Below, one piece after another: positions 54,563 through 64,000 of a stretch of DNA of 64,000 bases; position 1 is the first letter of the stretch; each line of letters opens with the position of its first letter. A model generated the notes under the pieces. The model saw only the letters and a program-made list of their open reading frames with translations. It did not search any database and was not told where the DNA came from. Where the stretch lies: NCBI GenBank assembly GCA_051362555.1, contig CM120641.1, forward strand, positions 21,948,001 through 22,012,000. Reading direction: 5' to 3'. This DNA comes from Lingula anatina (lineage: Eukaryota > Animalia > Brachiopoda). Made by a program: the position numbers and the translations under genes.

Positions 54563-56948
54563 GTAAATAGATATGGAGCACTTTGGAGTGATGGTATTTT
54601 ATCATAATTATCTTATTGTTTTTGCTTTAATTGTTGTAAATTTGGTTGGAATTGTTGTGGATACAGGGATTATTATTATTTATTTATATTTTGGTATGTT
54701 TGATGTATAAGTAATGGGTATTGGTGGAACAAAAAAAAACTATTAAAGGCACTTCCATGAGAATGAGGTAGTTAATGAAGTTGGGGGGCAAAAATAACAA
54801 GAACTGAGAATTAATTACAAAATATACATTCAGCTACTTAATTTCGTGAAAGAAATGCTAGAGTTGCTAAAAATGATTAGTTAAAAATATGTGTGTGTGT
54901 GGCTTGCAGCTTGGATAAGATTAAACAAAATTGCACTCTTAGAAATCTTGCTGTGGGTGACAATCAGAAATGGGAACCTGATATGTTGCCTTTGATCTCA
55001 GAGATCAAGGAGTAAACTAAAATGGCACCTATTATCACACTAAATTAGACCAAGAATTAAACTAAAAAGTCTATTATTTGTCAAACTACTGATTTTTTTC
55101 TTTAGAATTTTGGGTTACAATAGGTAAATATTCTTTGACCAAATGGAGTTTTTTTTCTTCATTAGCAGATTTTGATCAATTTTGATCAAATATAGAAGTT
55201 GGTGTATAGAACAAATGAAATATCTTAGACTGATTTCCTTTTGATAATCACAGAGGTGGTCATGCAAAAATAAAACAAAAGTAAATTCGCCTGGTACCAA
55301 CAGTTATATTTTTTTCTGTGTAGTTCAGCATACAGACAGGCTTGTACACTCTAATTAGTCCTTTGTCTGGCCAGCAATAAAGGGATTTAATGGCAGCGGC
55401 CAGGCACTTCTCCTTCAATTTCATTAAAGAGAATCAAGCTATTACTTTGGTGAGGAAATAAAGGTACTTCCTCTACCATCATGGCTTCCTGAAATGGACC
55501 TGAGAGCAGCATTCACGTCTGATTAATCTTCATGCATTCCTATTACAGTGGCTTTTGTTGATAACAATTTTTATGAATCTGGAAGCAAATTGAATTTTGA
55601 AGCAAATATCCCAGTGTGGTATATTTTTGTGCTCTTTAATCTGAAAACAGCCACTTGCTAGGTATTAAAAACAACATATTTGTAAGTTACAGAAAAATAA
55701 ATTTCACCACATCTTTTGACATTTTCTTGCATGTTTTCCAAATGAATTCATTTACCCTGTATGCATTCTTCGGTAATTCAGTTATAAGGATGGTTGAACA
55801 TTTTGAAAGATTACTTTTAGTTTAAATCTTATAACTGTTACAGTAAATGCTCTGGATGTTTTTACATTCAGTTATCTGAAACCATAATTTTTGAAAATGC
55901 CTTTGATTTGAATTTAGAAATTAAGCTCAGTAAGCAAATTGTGTAGACTTTTGATTGTTATTGTGACTTAAGATTAATATTTTTGAGCAGCGCAAGTATC
56001 ATTTTTGACTTTAACAAAAATTTTATTCCTTCATAATGTGAAATACTCAGAGACTGGTAGGCTTTTACAGTGAATGAGATTTTTTATTTGATTCTTTCTC
56101 TCTGTAGATTGAGAAACATTAGCAAGGCTATATTTCTTGGTACAATGCACAGTTACTTATTCATTGTAGCATAACTGTTCCATTGGGATAGCTTCTATTT
56201 TACCAATTTCACATTATTTATAGAGATCTTGGGTGGAAATTCCTTTTCAATGTTTAGAAAAATCTCCGTATTTCATGCCAAGAAAAGTAATCTCTCTTAG
56301 ATTATTCCCTTAGGGAGCTATAAAACAGCATAACTCTGATGTGACGGACTTTAATCTTCTTCTTGTTCAGCAATCTGGCCTTAGAGTTATCACAAAAATG
56401 GGCACTGTGTAATGAGAATTTTACGTGCCAGAAATGTCAGAAAACTACTGCAACAGAATCTTCCAGTCTTTACACATATCAGATAGGTTTTTTCTCAATT
56501 CTCATTTGTGGAAATATTTATGAAAGCTAATGGACTAGGGGCATGGTGTAGCCTTCTAATCAGTACTCTAAGTTATTCCCCATAGGAACAAAGGATTGCA
56601 TGCGGAGAATGCAATCTGGAAAATCAAGATTCTTGGGAACTTGAAAAGCTTGCAATTCCATTTCTTTTTTTGTTCATCCAAAAAACAACAGCACATTTTC
56701 ATGCTTTAAATCCTTTAATTAGATATAATGACAACGTTGCATGTCTGTGTTTTTTTTAGCATGATTATTTCAAGTCTTAAGAACCTGCATGACAGTGAGT
56801 ATGTCCATTTGCATATTGAAGCTTTAGAGAGTTCCAGAAGTTTGCCACATGCAGTAAAAGAAAGACGTCTGCGTTTGGTGTTGTGTCAAACCACGTGCAC
56901 CACTGGCTAGCTGTCACATAATGCCCCTCTCATTTCTCCGCCTTCTAG

Positions 56949-57092
56949 GTTCTGGATTGGTTCCCGTGACAACAGCGACTGCTGTGAACGGAGGTCCACC
57001 AACCATGCTGTCGCCCACTGTTGCCTTTGCTGCTGTTCCTACATCCAATGGACCAGATATTTACCCTAATGGCATACCACAGTATGCGGCAG
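56949..57092 (+). CDS. CELF4: CELF exon (144 nt), linker: GSGLVPVTTATAVNGGPPTMLSPTVAFAAVPTSNGPDIYPNGIPQYAA
   Basis: Long pyrimidine tract plus ctAG, CAG|GTCAGA donor; NG..IYPNGI..Y motif resembles the CELF4 linker; phase 1 to 1. Confidence 0.9.
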
Positions 57093-57921
57093 GTCAGAAT
57101 GGTTGGTTTTTGATCTGTTTGTCTGGATATTTATGTGGATTTATTTTTGATTGTTTGACATGGTGTATTTTGTGAGACTTTTTAATGGCATTTCTGTGTG
57201 TAGTTCCAAAGAGCCTGAATAGCAGTAACAGCTAGGGGGGATTTTTCAAAATTAAGAGATCAGATAGACCAATTATGAATGCACCACCTTGGCTTTTACT
57301 TAAAAGTATTTTCTAAAATTTGTTTGCTGTTCAGGCACTTACATTTTTCCATGCAGTGTAATTTGTGACCTTTTTGGGAGAGTTTGGCTGCTTTACTTAC
57401 TCAACCTAAATGTAGAATTCACAGGTGATATACGATACAGATAGTAAGCAATTTGTAATAAAAAAATTAGGCTATTTTACCTTTGACACTAAACATTTTG
57501 GTTATGGGTTTCATGGAAAGTAATAAATTTGGGTGTTGGGAATTGTTTACTTGGTGTTTTCCTATGCATGCTGATGGATTAACTTTTAACCTTGAAATGG
57601 CCTTGGTAATCTTAAGGTCATATTCAAGGTCTTTGGCAATAATAATAATAAAGGGATTATCAGAGTATGTATTGTTTCATTACTGGCATTGTTGTAACTA
57701 TGAGTGTTCTCAGTTTTTAAGGATATTAATATGCACATTTTCTTTTATCCACAAAACTTTCGAGAAGCTCAGGAATAAGCACAGGGGGGAAAATGAGAAC
57801 TTGCTAGTAGAAAATAGTAATTAACTAACTTGCAGTTCTCTATTTTTTCTTCAATATTGCTCAGATCTACTCAGTTCCAGTATATCTTGATCTGAGTTTT
57901 TCCAATGGTTGTCTTTTGCAG

Positions 57922-57993
57922 TTCCCCCTTCCCATCCTGGTGACCCCTTGCAGCCCGTGTACACAGGAGTTCACCCACAGTATGGCGGAATAG
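57922..57993 (+). CDS. CELF4: CELF exon (72 nt), linker: VPPSHPGDPLQPVYTGVHPQYGGI
   Basis: cttttgcAG acceptor, TAG|GTGTGG donor; DPLQ..Y.GV..Y motif of CELF3-6; phase 1 to 1. Confidence 0.88.
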   Translation, partial: FPLPILVTPCSPCTQEFTHSMAE

Positions 57994-59576
57994 GTGTGGA
58001 CGCTATAGCTTTTTACTGCATGTCTGCATGGGTCATGTTTACTCTATTAGATCTTTTGTATTTTATCATTACCACATCTGGAGTACTGGGATATGTCTGC
58101 TTTAATAAAAACATCACCAAAATATTGGAATTTTTTATATTCGTAACACGATTTAAATATACCTGAAATTTATTGTTTGTGATTTTTGTTTTCAATTTCA
58201 AGTCATTGCTCCAGGTATGGATAATGTTGCTGTAGAGTATTTTTGAATGTGAAACAGTTTTAGTCCAAAGAAAATGTCTCTTGCAAGATTTATATTTTAA
58301 TGATATATGCCATTACAAAATAGTTTTTGCTCTTAACTAATCAAATGATATGAAGAGAAAAATGAAAAAAACTGTATTAGGCAATTTTCTTGGACTTCAG
58401 AAACTGTCATAGATACAATGTATGTACCAGTATGTTTTACCAAATTCTTTATTCTGATTACTGGACGTATTTACATGTGTACTTTATATTGTGTATTTTC
58501 ATGGACTGCTTCATTTGTCTTTATGCAGATTCTTCATATGTTCTTGAATTATCAGCATTATTTTACTAAGTCATATACAGGGATTCTTTATCTTTCAGAG
58601 CTAAAAAGAAACTAATATTTAATTAATTGGAAAAAACTCAAATATAACAAGGAAATTAAGCTTCTTTGTTTATAAATCTCAATGAAAGATTTTGATAATT
58701 GATATACATTTTTGATGAAACAGTTCTTATCAAAATTAAACCAAAAGCTCACTGATATGGCTATATGGCAAATGTTTTACTGCTATTTTGATATTAAGAT
58801 TTAATACATCTAAAAAGAAACATACTGCACTAGTTATTATCTCATGTCATGTTTGCTGCTGTGGTTGGATACAGCCTACAGCTTCATATATCCTATCATT
58901 AAATATGTATGTTGTCATGTCAGCAGCTGGAGTGACAGTAAATAAAACATGGATTATAGTTTCTCTTACTCTATAATTGAATGATTTTAAACTAAGGTCA
59001 GCAGAGTCCTACATTAACTGTTGTCAGTTTGAGAGAACTCTTACGTAAATTATTCACAAATTCTGCATTAATAATTCAAAAAGACCAGCATTACATTGTA
59101 ACTAAGTAAAACCAAAAATCTATAAGATGGTGAATTTTGGCCTCATCATGAATCACTGCCATCATATAAGTTGCATGCTTCATGTTGTGTAAAGCTTGAT
59201 GAAGAATGTGTCATACATGTCATGTCTTCTCGGAACAAAAATATTCGAATGCATTCAGTGTAATGCATTACAAAATGTTTGACAACCACACACAAAAAGG
59301 AAAGGATGTCATTATTTCTTTGTGGTCAGATTTCTGTACTAAAATCAGGATATCCACTCTTTGTTATTTTGAAAACCATTTATATTTCCTTCCATGCATG
59401 TACAACTGTGACTTCCTGAAATCATAAACCAGCTTTTGTATGTAACTGTTAAGTAAAACAGATACCATAAACATGTACAACAGATATGTGACAAAATGAA
59501 AACATCATTCACAAACATTTTTCCGTACACATTTTTTTATTAAAACTATATTATTTGTTTAATCACTTTTTTCCAG

Positions 59577-59660
59577 CTTACCCAGCTGCGTACGCTGCAG
59601 GTCAGTTCCAACAAGTTCTTGCTCAGCACCCCGCCATTGCAGTCCAAGCACAAAAAGAAG
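59577..59660 (+). CDS. CELF4: CELF exon (84 nt), end of linker: AYPAAYAAGQFQQVLAQHPAIAVQAQKE
   Basis: ttttttccAG acceptor, AAG|GTATGT donor; AYPAAY and Q(K/R)E|G motifs; phase 1 to 1. Confidence 0.93.
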
Positions 59661-60455
59661 GTATGTTCTTTCTTCTATGACCAGCATATATATACTGTAA
59701 TCACACAGTCTGTGGATGTAATAAGTGTTAGAACTTGAGCCATTTCTGACCGTTCTGGACAGTAGTGTTCTGTGGACCTTTTGCAGCCATGTTTATACAG
59801 CATGTAGGGAAATGCTCATAACTCTGATCTCGAAATATTGATTCAAGTGACAAGGTACCTTGAAACAATGATTTATAGATAAGAATATGCCAGACATCAA
59901 AATGCTCTTAGTGTGTAGCAATACTGGAAAGGCAAAAATGGCTTGAGAAAGACTTTTTCATGTAATGCACTTTAGCACATTGTCAAAACATTTTTCATTT
60001 CATGAAATTTTTTTCCAGGATATTCAACTCCAGCCCAAGCGTATGACAATTGATTAATTTTGGTTTATTGTCATACTTTTGTGAACACACATAGAGCCAG
60101 TCAAGATATTTGTCACAAAAATATTTGGCTTATATATTTAGTTATTATCTTAAGATACAATTAAAACAAAGGGCATATCAGCATTGTTTTTGTTAGCTTA
60201 CACCAGGAGGAGGGATAAACCTTTCAGATCATAAGGTGAAAAACATGCAAAATATTTAACAAAAAGATGTGTTCATTTCATTATTAGGCTACAGTGTGTT
60301 GACAAACGGTAAGCATATGCTTGCTCACGTTTGATACATGTGCGTGCGTTACTGCATTTCAGTTGTGCACGCCTGTGTGTCATATCAGTCTGTTGGTTGG
60401 CGGTCAGTCAAGTCAGTGACGTGGTGTGAGTGTGTTCTTGTCTTGGCTGTTTTAG

Positions 60456-60548
60456 GTCAGGATCCCTACAATGCCAACGTGTATATGTACCCTGTTGTTG
60501 CCCAGCCTGCCAGTGAGAAAGAGCACACCCCAGGCTCCATGCCTGTTG
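60456..60548 (+). CDS. Probable additional (cassette) CELF exon, 93 nt: GQDPYNANVYMYPVVAQPASEKEHTPGSMPV
   Basis: gttttAG acceptor, TTG|GTACGT donor; open in phase 1 to 1; GC-richer than its flanks; lies between QKE and GPEGCNLF. Confidence 0.72.
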
Positions 60549-63500
60549 GTACGTAACTATGACAACTATTCCACTACACCAATTACTCCTCTGTTTTCAC
60601 CACTAGGGGGTGGATCAGGACAGCATTCTTATTTCAACCTTTCATTCAAAATTTCGCTTTTCAAGAGTAAGGTTTTTAAATCAAAATGACCAAGACCTAT
60701 TGAAATATTCAGATATTTCCAATCAACTTGTGTAAGAGAGAATGTCTAGATCCAGTCCCTGTTCTTCATACCTTCTCCACAACTTGTATTATCCTCGACT
60801 GGGGCTACCAATAAAATGGCATGTTTCTTGGAACATGGAGACATCAATCACCAGAGATGAATGTTTTGGATCAGTCACACTATTTATCGATTCATAAACA
60901 TTTTGCAGATGTTGGTTTTATTTATTGATAGACAGAAAGGGGCCATCATTTTTTTCTTTTGATGATCGAAAGCTTTCTGAGATGGAAACATGATGAATAT
61001 TTCATGCTTTGATGAATAATTTTGGAAATGGAGTGTTAACCATTGAGCATTTTGCTACTTTAATTGTTAACCTATATGTTAATTGATGCCTCCCTGCCCA
61101 AACAGTCAGATGGCAAATTAGATAACTTCTTGCTTGCTTGATGACAACTACAAGACAAAACTTCTTATTCAAGAACACTCCAGATTTGGTATTAAAATAT
61201 CTTAAAACATTAAGTTGTCAGTCAGTCTATCTTAGTTTATTATGAAAAAAGAATTTAGAGACTTTAGAATTTTTAGACTCACTAATGCAACCTACTTTTG
61301 ATGCCCTCGATGAGGATATATTGCAAAATTGTGGAGAATGCCTTATGTAGTAAAATATCCCTGACCTTCAGACCCATTGCATGCTGGGATTACCCACCCA
61401 GGTCAACAAGAATTTGAAAGAAGATTTGGAAATAGGACGGGTAAGATATTTCTGTGTTGTAGTATATTTGCTGGGTTATTGTACACAAGTTTTTTTTCTT
61501 GGCAAGGGGGGGGGGTATCTATGGGATATTAAATAACAAAAAAAGAGGAAAAAGGCAGTTTTATACTTGATATCATCTCTCTTTAATAACAATAAAAGTA
61601 GCACTGGCCCTAATCGAAACACTGGACCCAAATAAAGACCAACATGTATAATATAACATGCAATATTTGCATTAATCAAACTAAAAAGGTAAGTTAATAA
61701 ATTAGATATCATTTCATTGTATTGTATTTCTACTTATTGCATGGCTGCTTTCTACAGATATTAATTACAGTAATTTTATGTTTTTTGTTATTGTAGTTTT
61801 TGGCATGTTTTTTTTTTTTCTTCTGAGAAGAAAGTCGATTACTGTATTGTTCTCCTCAGCTCTGAATAAGTATGTTTTAACATTTAAAGGTTTGCATTGA
61901 AAATACATATAATGTTACACTGCCACATTATACTGCCTTCTTTATGTCATTTTAACATCGAGCATTATATTGAAGCGATATATAGCAGTAATTGTACCTT
62001 CCAATATGGGTCTCAGTAGTTTGTTACTAAATTGAATAAAACATCCCTGTGAGATTTGAGATGCTCAAGCTGTCTATTTTTATGTAACCACAGCACATAC
62101 CTACAAAAACTAAAAATTGCAGGGTAAGGTGGACACATGGAGTTGGTCTGAGTCCTTGTTTGACCTAATCTTTACAGGTATTAATACATTACATAATGTG
62201 GACAGAGATACACACTACTCATCACGTAGGTGTGAACTTGTCTTCCTGGAGAAATGCTAAGGATATGTTGAGTGATGAACGCATTTTGCCTGATCATCTC
62301 AAATCTGACAGGGGTGTTTCAATTCTGTACCAAACTACAGAGACTGTCAGAGTTAAAAGTACCAAAGAATTGATACATTTCTTTTCTCCCACAGTGCAAT
62401 TCATCTAAAAAGTATAAGTCTACAGATCTTTTTTGGTTTAAACATGTTTCAATTCACAAACTAATTGCTGATGTAGCATTTGAAAAAAAGGGACAAAAAA
62501 TGATAACAAGTGTAGCCATTTTGTTCAATACCTTGGAGATCAGGTGGCCTTAACGCTATGGCTTTTATTGATTCTGTCTGGCATTCTCTATCACATTAAA
62601 ACTGCATTTGCTTAATGTACCACATAGTATTAGATATTTGCAACATCTAATGTGCCTTGTGGGTGCAACTGGTCTATACAGAGAAAGATTATGCACAATC
62701 TTGGAGTTTTAAGGGGAATTACTCAGAACTACTAGGGCATTAGGTAGAGATTATAATTCCCATAAATTCATCAAAAGTCATTGATTTTTTTCTGTTTGTC
62801 TCACATATCCATCTGATGCCCTTTCAGCTTTATGGTCTCCCCGATGAAGGGTCATCCATTTCTATTAACTTCGGATCAATACATAACTCATTTCTTGGGA
62901 ATATTGGAAACCATGTTCCTTCACGTGGAGGTCCATTTGGCACATAGAAAGTGTTTGGCACCCTGACAAGCCATATTACACATCAACACAAATGGAAATG
63001 ACATGGAACTTGACAAGTAGTACTGTCTACATTATAATACCACTCTAATTTCCTGGAGTCAATTTACTATACACTTTGGTTGCATTTTCTAAAAGTCTTA
63101 ATTGAATATAGCCAGTGTTAAGTGCATCTGCGTGAATTGCATTGGCAGTGTTTTAAAGCAAGTTCTTTGGTTTCCTATGAAAGATTAATGTAAATGGGTC
63201 CCTGTGATGTTCGCAACTAATCAAAACCCTCCGCGCGGTACCATTCTGATGACATTTCAGGCGACTCCCTAGGACTTGTCACATTACCAGTATTCCATTT
63301 CTTGAGCAAAGCAAAATGTATCATTTACATTTCTCTTTGGATTATAAATGTGTAAACACAGTAACAAACACCAGTGGCATTCTGAGGAAGGGTAGGAATA
63401 AGGAAGAGATGTACTTTGTCTTGTGACCTTCTTACGTTCTGGAACTTCTGTAAATGAGTGCTTAAATCAAGTAATAAAAATCAGTTTTAAAACACAATTA

Positions 63501-63846
63501 AATAACTGGTCAATAAATGAAGCAAAGAAATATATAATTTAAATAAAATGTATTAAAAATCTTTTACTCTGCTTGAAATATATTTAAAAACAAGTAAATG
63601 TATAGAGGCCATCCCCTTTTTGATAGTCCTTGTTCATTATCTCATTATCTGCTGCCTTTAACTTGCTGTTTTTGTCCTCTATACTTTTTAATGGAAAAAG
63701 TTTAAGTAAAATTTATAATCTGTAAAAAATTACCTGTAGCAGTACTACCATTTTTTCCCTGCAAGTAAGACAACAAACCATAGAATCCTAAGAGAAGAAC
63801 ATCAAATTAAAGTCTTATTTTCATTGTATTTTAAAACTTCTTCCAG

Positions 63847-63990
63847 GGCCAGAAGGCTGTAACTTATTCATCTACCATCTTCCCCAAGAATTTGGTGATG
63901 CCGAGCTAGCGCAGATGTTTATGCCGTTTGGTAACGTGATCAGCGCTAAAGTGTACGTGGATCGTGCAACCAATCAGAGCAAGTGTTTTG
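63847..63990 (+). CDS. CELF4: CELF exon (144 nt), RRM3: [48 protein letters not shown]
   Basis: cttcttccAG acceptor, TTG|GTAAGT donor; near-invariant CELF3-6 RRM3 sequence; phase 1 to 1. Confidence 0.98.
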
Positions 63991-64000
63991 GTAAGTTTTG

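Larger units (their letters stand above)
1..64000 (+). other. CELF4: Partial multi-exon gene: CUGBP Elav-like (CELF3-6 / bru-3 / unc-75 subfamily) RNA-binding protein; 5' and 3' ends lie outside the window
   Basis: Nine GT-AG exons with compatible phases join into [28 protein letters not shown]...[44 protein letters not shown]...[21 protein letters not shown]...ATNQSKCF, which is diagnostic of CELF3-6. The symbol marks the subfamily only; invertebrates usually have one co-ortholog. Confidence 0.95.

Overview
AT-rich animal genomic DNA (invertebrate-like; the taxon cannot be fixed from the sequence alone). The whole window lies inside one large plus-strand gene for a CELF/Bruno-like RNA-binding protein of the CELF3-6 (bru-3/unc-75) subfamily. 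Nine core coding exons (25317-63990) splice in frame through GT-AG junctions. They give the end of RRM1 (MNRPIQVKPAD), all of RRM2, the Q/A-rich divergent linker and most of RRM3. The remaining RRM1 exons and the last exon(s) lie outside the window. The most interesting signals concern isoform control: a candidate internal promoter and alternative first exon (~35.5-35.8 kb) that would give an RRM1-less protein, an extra 93-nt in-frame exon just before RRM3, a candidate 35-nt poison exon, a UGCAUG cluster, and tandem or alternative splice sites. The introns hold a decayed 2.4-kb ISL2EU-like DNA transposon (THAP and DDE remnants) with a nested MITE, three CAGG-ended MITEs with 5-bp TSDs, other MITEs, an L2-type LINE tail, a probable solo LTR and two minisatellites. 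Nearly all ORFs in the supplied track are spurious. All coordinates and counts were read by eye.
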